Assembly: GCF_000372725.1 (NCBI RefSeq)
Contig: NW_005202113.1
Location: forward strand, 124,001-188,000
Length of the DNA: 64,000 nucleotides
Origin: Emiliania huxleyi CCMP1516
Taxonomy: Eukaryota
Direction: 5' to 3'
Position numbers and translations under genes: made by a program. Every line of letters starts with the position of its first letter. The stretch's first letter is position 1. The notes under the pieces are model-generated. The model did not search any database. It worked only from the letters and a program-made list of their open reading frames with translations, and had not been told where the DNA came from. This document shows positions 19,848 to 30,132 of the stretch, piece by piece.

Positions 19848-22800
19848 CTATGACCGGAAGGAGGCGTCTCTGCCGTCGCGCAGCGTCTGCATGAGCTGCA
19901 GGACGGTGCGCGAGCTCTCGCAGACAAAGCGCGCGTGCGAGTAGTCCTTGCTGCCGACCGCAACCGTGAAGAGGCGCCCGCGGAGCCGCTCGAGCATCGC
20001 GGGCCCGCTCGCGCGCGCCGTCACCGCAGAGAGCATGTACTCGTCGTCGTCGTCGTCGCCAATCGCGAGCACGAAGTCGACGGGCCCGCCGGCGTGGGCC
20101 TCGGTGAGCGCCGCGTCGGCAAACACGCCCTTGTTGATGGCGCCGATGCGCACCTCGACCTGGCACTTGCTGAGCGAGTGCAGCACCGAGACGCCAGTCC
20201 CCTTGAGCTGCTCCTTGAGAGCGACCGTCAGCTGCCGCGCCTGGAAGCGGCCGTAGTCCGGGTCGGCGTTGTGGTAGCACCAGATCGCGGCCGACTCCTG
20301 CCAGCTCATGTAGACGCCGTTGGTGCGCAGCGTGAAGCGCTCGAAGATCGGCCTCGCCGTGTCCTTCCACCGCTCCTGCGCCGGCGACAGCTCGCGCTTG
20401 AGCCACTTGCCGGAGCGCGGCCGCATCTGCATGAAGCCGAGTTCGGCGCCTGCGCGCGCGCGGCGCCGGCTGGGCGACGGGCGAGGCGCGGCGGCGAGGG
20501 GGCAGGGGGCAGGGGCGGAGGGGGTAGGGGCGTGGAGAGGGGTCGGAGGGGCGTGGAGGGGCGGAGAGCGCCGAGCCCGAGCCCGTCGACGTTGCCGAGA
20601 CACGCCTCCAGGTCGGAGGCCGAGCGGCCAGAGATGACGTAGACCTGGTTGCACGGGTCCGAGGCGAGCGCGGCGAGGCAGTGCAGCGCGGCGGGCGGCG
20701 GCGGCAGCGAGTGGTCGGAGAAGTCGTGGAACATCTTTCGGTGGTGCATCACCTTCTCCTGCTGGATGAGCGTGCCGTCGAGGCCGAGGAGGATGAGCCG
20801 CCGCGTCGACTGGACGTAGGCGCGGGCGAGCGCCTCGACGTTGAGAGGCGGCAGCTGCTGGCCCGCCCGCATCTCGGAGCCGAAGGAGCAGAGGGCGAGG
20901 GTGGGGCGGGAGGAGGAGGCCTCGCCGCTCGCGTGCAGGGCGGCGGTGCGCCGCATGTCTTGCACGGCCACGTGAAGCCAGGTGCGGGTGGTGTGGGAGG
21001 CGACGAAGCTGTGGTCCTTGGAGAGGCGCGCGGCGCGCTCCGAGGGCGGCATCGAGAGCGCGGCGTCGAGCTACGGGGGCAAGCAGGTGGCATCAGACGA
21101 CTGTACGGGCGCGGACAGTGCCGGGGGGGGGGGGGGAGGGGGCTGGGGGGGGGCCGTCTCGCTTCGCCTGCTCGACGACGTGCTCGAGGTTGAAGGGGTT
21201 GATGCGGACGCAGCCGTTGAGGACGTGCGCACAGCCGACGAACTCGGAGAGGACGACGACGCCCGAGGCCTGCTGCGAGTGCTTGGTGTGGATGTACTCG
21301 AACGGGAGCAGGTTGAGTCCGTCCTTCATCGCGCAGTTGAGGAGCACGTCCACGGCGCGGAAGAGGGCGAGCCGCGTGTTCTTGGTCCACAGCTTGGCGT
21401 CGAGCTCCGCACCAACCTGTGGGGTGGGGTGGGGTGGGGTGGAGGGTTACACGCGCGCTGCGGCACAGGGGAGGGAGCGTCGTCGCGCCGCGCCGCAGCA
21501 CGGTGGCGGGACGACGGCGTCGGGTATCCGGGGCGATCTCGGGCAAGTCTCGGGCGGTCTCGGCCAGCGCCGCGCCTCAAAGTAGCGGATGGTGTCGGGT
21601 CCGAACGCCTCCTCGATGCGGCGGACCACCTCGCGGTTCTCGGCCGACTGCTGCGCCGACTGCTCGGGCCGCTGCTTGTCGGGGAAGCAGACTTGGAGCA
21701 GCGTGAGCCGCTTGCGCCAGACGGGGTAGTTCTCGAGGAGCTGCTGGAAGGCGAGCAGCTTGATGTGTGCGCCCTGCAGCGGGTGGAGCATCTCGACGCC
21801 GCCGACGACGATCCGCTCGCCAACCTTGCACTGCTCGCGCAGCCGCCCCTCGTGCTCCGCGGTCTCCGGCAGCCGGAGCCGCGCGTTGAGCACGTCCGGG
21901 TCGATGCCGACGTGCGACACCTGTTGGGGCGCCGAGTGGGTGGGGGTGGCGGGGGCGGGGGAGGTAAGCGGAGGGGGCGGCGCAGGGGGGAGGGGCCGGG
22001 CCGGGGCTCCGGCACAGGCACAGCTACCGGAGGGCGGCTGAGCACAGCTACAGGAAGGGAGGGCGGCTGGGGCGGCTGGGGCGGCAGGGGCGGCAGGGGC
22101 GGCAGGGGCGGCTGGGGCGGCGGGCGGCGGTGCCGTGATGGTGACGCGGCGCGAGCCGGTGTTGATGCAGAGCCCGCCGCCCGTCGGCCCGCCGACGTTC
22201 TCGCCCAAGCCGAGCAGCCGGCGGCAGGACGTCATGAAGTGACGCGCGTACTCAAAGAGGTGGAAGCCTGCGGGCGAGGAGAGGCGGCGAGCATCAGCCG
22301 CCGCTCCGCTCGGGCGGCGCGCGCTCGATGTGCGGCGCGCCGACGACGTCGCCCGCGAGCATGCCCCGCAGCAGCTCTGAGCGGTGCGGGATCACGCGCC
22401 ACACCTCGGGCGAGGGGCAGGGCGAGTGGAGGAAGAAGGAGACGGTGCAGTGCGCCGGCAGCTTGGTCTGGCGCAGCGCCGCCGGCAGCAGGGTCAGGTT
22501 GTAGCCGTGCACCCAAATCATGTCTCCCACGCGGAGCACCGAGCGGATCGTGTGCGCGAAGGCGTCGTTGGCGCGCACGTACGCATTGTAGAGCGAGGAG
22601 ACGTGCGTGCCTGCGGCGGCGCATTGGAGAGCGAAAAGCGTCGTGGACGTGCCGTAGACGCGCGCTGGACGTGTCATGGACGTGTCGTGGACGCGTCGTG
22701 AGGTCGTGAGACGGGACACGAAGGGGCGGTGTGGTTCGGGGGCGTGGGAGGCGTGGGCGGTCGCGCCGTCGCCGCCCTTGCCGCCCGCGTGCCGGTCCGG

Positions 22801-24257
22801 GATCTGGTTGTTGAGGATTGGCCACAGCACTGTCGGCCCGTACCCGTTGCAGTGCGAGTCGTACAGCGCGTCGCTCAAAAAGACGGGGACGCAATTGTAC
22901 ACCGCGAGCATCTCCGCCACGGCCGCCTGCGCCTCGGGCGGCACGCGCGTGCGGACGCAGCCGACGAAGAGCACCTGCGGGACGCGGCCACAGGACGCGT
23001 CAAGCACGGCGGGGCCTCGACCCCCGGCGAAGCGACGACCCCTCGGCGAGGGAGGCCATTCGAGGCGGCGGTGGTCTGGGAGGTGTCGAGGAAGTGCCAA
23101 AGGAAGTGCCAAAGAAATCGTGTCTTGGAGGTGTGTCCGGAGTGTCTAGGGAGTGTCGACGGAGTGCCTGGGGAGTGTGTCTGGGGCGTGTCTAGTGCGT
23201 GCGCGTCTCGCCTCCACGTTCAAGGATCCCATCATGTGCCGCCCTCCCTGCGTGTTCGTCGCGAGCAAGTCCCACTCGTCCCACTCGCCTACGCGAGGAG
23301 CTCCGAGGAACCGTCGGGGACGTGTCCTCGTCCGGCGGCAGCCAAGCTCTCCCCGCGCGCGCCGCCCCAGCTGCCGTCCTCGGCCTGAGCCACGTTGAAG
23401 GGCAGGTGCTGCTGCACGACGAGCAGCCGCCCCGCCGGGAGGTCGACCGTCATGTCGACGGCGGGCGCGATGCCGCTCGCCTCGCGGGGCGCCTGGCGGG
23501 TGGGAGCAGCGGCCGCCGGCGGGGCTCGACGCGAGGCAGGGGGGCGGAGACGGCACAAGGGGCTGGAGAGGGGCCGCGGGAAGGCGGTGGGAAAGCTGCT
23601 GCCTGGCGGTGGTCCGGCGCGCTGCTGCCGCACCCGCCGCCTCGCTCGCCCGCCCGCGCGGGCGCGGTCGGCGCGGGCACGGACGAGGCGCCCAGCACGC
23701 TGCCGGTGAGCGGCGCGAGCGAGAGCGGGTCCACCTGCGACTGCGGCGGCATGCTGCTCGGCTGGCCCCAGTCGGCGACGACCCGCACCTCGCTCGCCGA
23801 CTGGAGGGCGAGCCGCCGGTTGTGCTGCAGCGGCTCCCACCGCACCTGCGCGGCGCAAGCAGGCGAGCGGCGGGCGGTGAGGCGTGGTGGTGGTGGGGCG
23901 GCGGCGGCGGCGGAGGCGGGCGCGCGCCGCGTTGCCGTCAGGCCCAATCACAACGAACTTGTACTCGAGCTCGAGCACCTCTGAGAGGAGGAGCGGCTCG
24001 CTCCGCCAAGACGGGTAGATGCGCTGATTGGTCGTCATGCGCATGCCGGCCTCTGGCCGCCATGCCCCGAGCTGGGCAGTGCTCCCGACGACGGCGACCG
24101 ACTCGCCCCAGTCAGTCTCACACCGAACCTCAAAGGAGGCGCGGACAAAGAGCGGGGAAGATCCGCGTTCCTCGGGCAGGGTCGAGCCGAGCTGCGCGCC
24201 AAAGGAGCGCACAGTGCGAAGCGTACTCGGCGTGTGTGGCCTGTATCTGCTGTCCAT
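19848..24257 (-). CDS. TPS: Trehalose-6-phosphate synthase/phosphatase fusion with N-terminal CBM20 starch-binding-type domain; multi-exon
   Basis: CBM20 (FEVRCETDWGESVAVVGSTAQLGAW...LEYKFV), GT20 motifs (VLWPI, DMIWVHGYNL, FFLHSPCPS, KDGLNLLPFEY, VVLSEFVG) and HAD TPP motifs (LGLDGTL, DFVLAIGDDDDDEYM). Confidence 0.92.
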
Positions 24258-24901
24258 CGCCGCTGGCTCGCTCGCTCTCGCTCGCTCGCTCGCTCGCTCG
24301 CCAAACGATGAGTGGCCTGGGTTTGGGCTCCGAAGCGGGGAGGAGCTGATCCGTGTCTCGCGTCCACCCCGCTGCGACCAACCCATACCGCGTTGGTGTC
24401 CAGTCCGAGCCAGACTGTTCTTCGCCTTTCTACAACGCAGAGACTTCGTCAATTCGAATCTGAAGTTGATCAGAGGTAGGTCAGCATCGGGGTCCGGCGT
24501 CCGGCCGGGGAACGCTGCACCCAAACAAACAACACGTTCGCCATCCGCCGAATCCGGCTCTCTTGCGGCACAGACTCCCTCTCCTCCTCCGGTGGCACGG
24601 GGGAGAGAGGTCTCTTCTCCCCCTTCCTCTCCTCCACCTCCTCCTCCCACTCCTCCTCCTCGACGTCGGCCGACTCGCTGCCCGGAGGCACCGTCTGCCC
24701 GGAGGCCGGCCTCGCTCTCGGCGCGGCGACGCTCTCCGTACTGCCGAGCGCCGCCCCTCGCCCCCGGCCCCTGCTCGCCGTCTGCCGCCGCGACCGACTT
24801 GGTGAGGCGTCGACGCTCTCGACTGCCTGCAAGGCCGCCTTCCTGTCATCCTCCACAAGCCGCTTGTGCGCCTGTATATAAACGCCACGAAGACGCGAGG
24901 G

Positions 24902-25750
24902 TCAGGGGGGGGAGGGCATGACTGCGGTGTGTACATACCGCGCCGTGTGATCGGGGAGCACCGCACGAATGCAAGGGCTACGAATACAATGGACCGGCTG
25001 AATGCGTCCTCCTCTCGAGAGCGCTCTCGTCGAAACATCTCTGTGTAGTGCCCATCTACAGGCTTGTGCGCGCGCCCTGCTCTCGCGCCGCCGGCGGTAG
25101 CGCGGCAGGAAGGTGCAAGCGTAGAGCGCGGTCGCCGCGGCCAGCCCAGCGGCCACCGTCACCAGCGAAGTGGCGAGGCCTCGGCGGAAGCTGCAGTAGT
25201 TGCCCGGTGCGCCAGGGTCGCACCCAGACAGATCGCTGATGAGCATCGCGCCGTTCTGCTTCAGCGCCTACTCTCGTGCGATCTCTCGTGTTCATCACTC
25301 TCCGGGACAGTCTCGCCGCTGATGTAGCCGCTGTGTCAGCGCCTCGAGAGCGCCAGCAGCCCTGGCGGAGACAATGGACAGCCTATCGGGCGCGTCTGGC
25401 GGCGGCGACGGCGGCGGCAACGGCGCCGGCGCCGGCGACGGCGGCGGCAACGGCAGCGGCGAGGGCGGCGGCGGCGGCGGCGAGGGCGGTGGAGGCGACA
25501 GCGTTGGCGGTGACGGTGGCGGAGGGCTTGGAGGGCTTCGAGGCGGCGGAGGCGGCGGTGGCGGAGAACGAGGCGGCGGCGAGGGCGGCGGGGGTAGGGG
25601 CGGCGGGGGTAGGGGCAGCGGGGGTAGGGGCGGCGGGGGTAGGGGCGGCGGGGGTACCAGGGGCGGAGCCGGAGGAGAAGGTGGCACTGGGGGCAGGGGA
25701 GGCGCCGGCGGCGGTGGGTAAGGCGGCAGCGGTACCGGCGGTGGCGGCAT
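24902..25750 (-). CDS. Proline-rich (extensin-like) putative membrane protein, possibly 5'-truncated
   Basis: A PPSPPP low-complexity ORF is followed, presumably after an intron, by a TM segment and basic stop-transfer (VTVAAGLAAATALYACTFLPRYRRRR). Confidence 0.4.
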
Positions 25751-26068
25751 TGGCAGCGGCGGGCTTGCGGAAGCGGCGGGGAGGGCGGCGGGAGGCTCAG
25801 GCGAAAATCAAAGAGCTTTGTTTTCTTTTTTGATGTTACACGCCGTTCACAGATAGGTTGATAAGAAAGACCTTGCGATTGAGGAAGGGAAAACCTCCCA
25901 TCGCGCTGCGCGCTGGTCTATGAGAGGTTACACAGTGACAGTCAGACACGCAACACGGGGTCCCGCGAGCGCAACGCCGACTCAGAGGCCGCACGCCCGC
26001 ACCACGGTCAGGCGCGCAGCCATTCACGCAAAAACACGGCCCCAAGACGCACAAGCACACAGACATTC

Positions 26069-26125
26069 ACGAGAGAGAGATTTTTGAGAACCAACAAGAA
26101 TTTACCAACAAGAAATCACCACTCT
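26069..26125 (+). repeat. Short dispersed repeat, second copy near 40299-40343
   Basis: GAGAGAGAGATTTT..GAA.CCAACAAGAAATCAC.ACTCT is present at both loci. Confidence 0.6.
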
Positions 26126-26139
26126 TCTTGTCGCTCGTG

Positions 26140-26520
26140 GAGAGAGAGATTGCCAGTGGAGAAGGGAGTCTACTTGGCTGTGAGCCTGCAGCTCTCCCTT
26201 GACGCTTGAGCCTTGTCAGGGCTAGGAGAACGAATTCAGGAGAACTTAGGGGAGAGCAGCCAGTAGGAGGCCCGCGTGCCCGTGCCGCCGGGTGCAACCT
26301 TGTCCTCTATACGAGAGAGAGGAATCCCCCGTCGCGTGGGTGAACCCTGCCCAGCCCCTCTCCGTGTCGCGATGCGCTCCCCGCTCCCGTGTTTACAGTG
26401 TTCCCCTGATCGTCCTTCCAAAATCCTGGCCTGCTCGTGCAGGTGGGGACCCTGTCCTTCTCCCATCCTCGTGTCCGCTTACTTTCTTGCGTTGGCGTGT
26501 CCGCGTACTTTTTCTTTCTT
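26140..26520 (+). mobile_element. Retroposon copy (subfamily B) with (TTTC)n tail
   Basis: Colinear with 55157-55548 (minus strand): CCAGTAGGAGGCCCGCG, GTGCCGCCGGGTGCAACC, GGGTGAACCCTGCCCAGCCCC, CCGTGTCGCGATGCGCTCCCCGCTCCCG and AGGTGGGGACCC. Confidence 0.8.
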
Positions 26521-26801
26521 CGCCAAAAATGGGAAGGACTGCCTTCTCCCATCCAAAACGAGGCCGCGTTCGTCTTTGTCGTTGGTTCCTTTGTCGTCGA
26601 TTCCGTCATCAATAAGTAGACAAAATAGGGCCCAACGCCAAATTCCAAACCGCAAACATGGAGACCCAAACACGCTAAATACAGACACTCTACTGAGAGA
26701 TGGGTAGCAGAGCAGCCCCAGCTGATTCCGTCATGAACACAGGGCCCCACAGATCGTAGTTTGTCGATATTACCCGAGCTGCGGTGCGCGAAGAGGACAT
26801 A

Positions 26802-27460
26802 TTGGACATCGAGACCGCGACGAGAGAGAAGAGCAAGAGGCCCGCTCACAGGGCCATGGAATCCAAAAGGATCCTTTCATCATGGGCGCGTAGTCTGACA
26901 CAACCCCCCAAACGCAACGCCCCCTCCCTCAACCGTCAGGTGTAGTGTAGTCTTTTAGCTTACTGGGAGAAAAGGGGAGAGGGGCTCTAGGCCCCTAAGG
27001 GCCCTACGCGCGGCGTGAGAGCTTGGAAGCAAGCTTTGCACGGCGATCGAGGATGGCGCGGTTCACACCCTTCACCGAAGCGATGGAGATGCGTTCCGTG
27101 AGGTGTGAGAAAATGGGAGGGTATCTCTCTCTCTCTCTCAAGTCTCAACCGTCAGGTGCGAGATGCCGCCGCCGCCAGAATACATGAACATGTACATTCG
27201 TGTGTCCCCGAGCCGCGGGCGACGCGTGCAGTAGGGTGACCGCGTGGCGACACCAGGGAGTGAGTTGTGCTCGCAGAGCCCTTCCCTGCTAGCTAGCTAG
27301 AGAGATAGAGGCGCACTGCCACTGGCCCAAACACAAAAAATAACAACCACTTCTGACCCCCACGGCAAGAAGAATTGAGACATATGTCTCCCGGCCACGC
27401 CTTGCCCCACCCACCCACGCGCTGTGAATGAACTCGCCTCGCTCGAGGGTCACCACCCCC
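26802..27460 (+). repeat. Left arm of a long inverted repeat
   Basis: 26802-27273 is the apparently exact reverse complement of 29661-30132 (472 bp, no offset at the positions checked). A diverged extension runs to about 27460. Confidence 0.95.
26943..27143 (-). mobile_element. 5'-truncated non-LTR retrotransposon fragment (RLE-type C-terminus) with 15-bp TSD; mirror copy at 29791-29991 (+)
   Basis: CTCAACCGTCAGGTG at 26928-26942 and 27144-27158. The insert encodes HLTERISIASVKGVNRAILDRRAKL...*, which resembles the QRISIAIQRGNA motif of RLE-clade elements. Confidence 0.7.
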
Positions 27461-28129
27461 ATCCAACCCACCGAAACCCGTGTGGATGGATCGCCCGCCG
27501 CGTTTTACCATCCATTGCGGTCGGGTTTTAGCGTCGCGTTCTCTCAGCGTGGTCTATGGTTTGCTGTAGACCATGAGACCAGCCACGCCGCGCCCTCTCG
27601 GTCGCCTCCAGCGCCGCCCTCAGCCACGCCGCCAACGACCGCGACGGAGACGTCTCTCAACTCTCCGCAGTCACATATGGATCATGGTATCAGCCCTGGT
27701 CGCGGCCCAGCACCAGCCCAACACGCCACCGCACCCGTAGGCTCAAGATCGCTCAATGCCTAGCACAACGATATAGAAAATCACACCGATATAGAAGAAA
27801 CTCAAGAGCCTCTCTTTTCCGACTTCCGAATGAGCACACTGGCGCACAACCACAAGCCACAACAACACACAGGCACACACCACAAAAGAAAGACTCGGTC
27901 GGTCCCGTACAAAGACCCTGCACAAAGACCGCATGGGCGAGGACTTGCTCCTTTTTACCCATCTCCTCGTGGAGCTGGAGGGCCTGGGGCTCTCCGTTTT
28001 GATTACCCCCCCCCCCCCCACGCACCACGGCACCACCCAATATGCACCATCTCGCAGCCCTCGCTGCAAAGAGCGGCGCACCGACCCACGCGCCGTGAAC
28101 CCCACCGCTCGAGTGTCACCATTCCGTGC

Positions 28130-29440
28130 TCACACATCGAGCGCGCCGGAAGATTTCGGGTCCTCGCCGCCCCCGCTGGCTTGCGCCTCTAATTCTCCTT
28201 CCGCCTCCTCCGGCGTGGGGCTCAGCTCGGAGGAGCCATCCGTTCGCCGGGCGCGTCGCCTGTCCCTCCGCCTCGTTCCCACGCCGCCCTCGCCTGGCCC
28301 AGCATCGCCCGGTGGCGGCGGAGGCGGAGGCTCGCGGATCTCACGGTCCTCCTCCTCCTTCTCCCCGATGGTCAGCGACACCTCCGCATAGTCCTGTCTC
28401 TCCTTCTCCTCGAGCGAAACCTCCGCGGACGCGACAGGAGGCAGCTGCGCACGCTTCTCCTTCTGAGGAGCACGGGGTGGGGGCGCGAACGATCGCTCGC
28501 GGCGCCAAGCCTCAAACTCGCGCATGCGCGTGCTGAGATCGCTCAGACGGCGCGCCACGGGCGCTGGTTTGCGCTGAGAGCTTGTCGATGGCGGCGGGTA
28601 GGTCAGCTTCGGGAGCTCTTTGCACCGGCAGACCGCGACGAGGAAGAGGAGGAGGCCAAGCAGAAAGATGAGCGCGCGGACTGCAGCCCCGCCCGGCGTC
28701 TGTAGCCTGGACTTCAAACCATCCTCTGGCGGTTGAGGGGGAGGCGGCGAGGGCGGCGGAGGCGGAGCGGGCGTTCGGACAAAGGCGCTTGTCGCAAAGG
28801 CGCCGTCCTCGATGTAGGCGCCGGACGGGACCCGGACCTCCCCCTGTAGGCCGCAACCGGCAAATGCGCTCGCTTCGATCACTGCCAGGTCGCTCGGCAG
28901 GGCAAAGGTGACATTGCGGAGCGACGAGGAATAGCTGTTGTCGGCGAACGACCACGAATCGCAACGAAAGGAGCTTCTGCCGAGCGAGACCGCGCTCCCG
29001 GGCACGGTGACCGCGTCGAGGCGTGCCACGTACTGGAACGCCTCGGCGGCAACGTGAACCAGGCTCGGTGGGAGCGCGAGCTCCAGCAGCACCGTCTGCT
29101 GGAATGCACCCTGCCCGATTGACGCGAGGTTGCTGGGCGATGCTTCCGAGTGCTCAAATCGGACCGCGATCGGGTGACAGCGATCCGATGGCACGCAGCC
29201 TGCACGCGCGAATGCTCGAGCGCCGATGGCCCTCACCCAGGTCGGAATGGTCACGTTTCGCAAGTGCTGGCAATCTTGAAACGCCTCGGCCTGGACCTCA
29301 CCGCGTGGAAAGATCTCGCCACGCTCAATGCTGACGACGCCGTCCGCATCCGGGTCTATTGCACAGCCGGCACTGCAGCGCGTCGGACGTGTTGCGAGGA
29401 TTAGCACGAGGCGCACCGTGTTCGTGCGGGTAATGTGCAT
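28130..29440 (-). CDS. BspA-type leucine-rich-repeat (LRR_5) cell-surface protein: leader, LRRs, Pro stalk, TM helix and cytoplasmic tail; intronless
   Basis: Repeats AFQDCQHLRNVTIPTWVRAIGARAF, LASIGQGAF, LPPSLVHVAAEAF and IEASAFAGCGL; TM segment ALIFLLGLLLFLVAVC. Confidence 0.85.
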   Translation of the reverse strand: MHITRTNTVRLVLILATRPTRCSAGCAIDPDADGVVSIERGEIFPRGEVQAEAFQDCQHLRNVTIPTWVRAIGARAFARAGCVPSDRCHPIAVRFEHSEASPSNLASIGQGAFQQTVLLELALPPSLVHVAAEAFQYVARLDAVTVPGSAVSLGRSSFRCDSWSFADNSYSSSLRNVTFALPSDLAVIEASAFAGCGLQGEVRVPSGAYIEDGAFATSAFVRTPAPPPPPSPPPPQPPEDGLKSRLQTPGGAAVRALIFLLGLLLFLVAVCRCKELPKLTYPPPSTSSQRKPAPVARRLSDLSTRMREFEAWRRERSFAPPPRAPQKEKRAQLPPVASAEVSLEEKERQDYAEVSLTIGEKEEEDREIREPPPPPPPGDAGPGEGGVGTRRRDRRRARRTDGSSELSPTPEEAEGELEAQASGGGEDPKSSGALDV

Positions 29441-29526
29441 CGTTTCGCCCACACGGAGCGTTCGTTTTCCCCCCGCGTTTTTTCTTCTTTGTAATGGGTT
29501 ACGGGTTCGAACGGTGGTGTGAGCAC

Positions 29527-30132
29527 GGGGTGTGGTGACACTCGAGCGAGGCGAGTTCATTCACAGCGCGTAGGTGGCAGGGTTCTTATTTTGTGTGTTT
29601 GGGCCAGTGTGGCAGTGCGCCTCTAGCTAGTTAGCTGCTAGGTAGATGGGTAGGGCTCGACGAGCACAACTCACTCCCTGGTGTCGCCACGCGGTCACCC
29701 TACTGCACGCGTCGCCCGCGGCTCGGGGACACACGAATGTACATGTTCATGTATTCTGGCGGCGGCGGCATCTCGCACCTGACGGTTGAGACTTGAGAGA
29801 GAGAGAGAGATACCCTCCCATTTTCTCACACCTCACGGAACGCATCTCCATCGCTTCGGTGAAGGGTGTGAACCGCGCCATCCTCGATCGCCGTGCAAAG
29901 CTTGCTTCCAAGCTCTCACGCCGCGCGTAGGGCCCTTAGGGGCCTAGAGCCCCTCTCCCCTTTTCTCCCAGTAAGCTAAAAGACTACACTACACCTGACG
30001 GTTGAGGGAGGGGGCGTTGCGTTTGGGGGGTTGTGTCAGACTACGCGCCCATGATGAAAGGATCCTTTTGGATTCCATGGCCCTGTGAGCGGGCCTCTTG
30101 CTCTTCTCTCTCGTCGCGGTCTCGATGTCCAA
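29527..30132 (-). repeat. Right arm of the long inverted repeat
   Basis: Reverse complement of 26802-27460. The outer end overlaps the ATG at 30125. Confidence 0.95.

Noticed and set aside
26140..26520. tRNA-derived SINE head or hammerhead ribozyme in the retroposon family
   Set aside because: I could not identify A/B boxes or a complete CTGATGA...GAAA core by eye.
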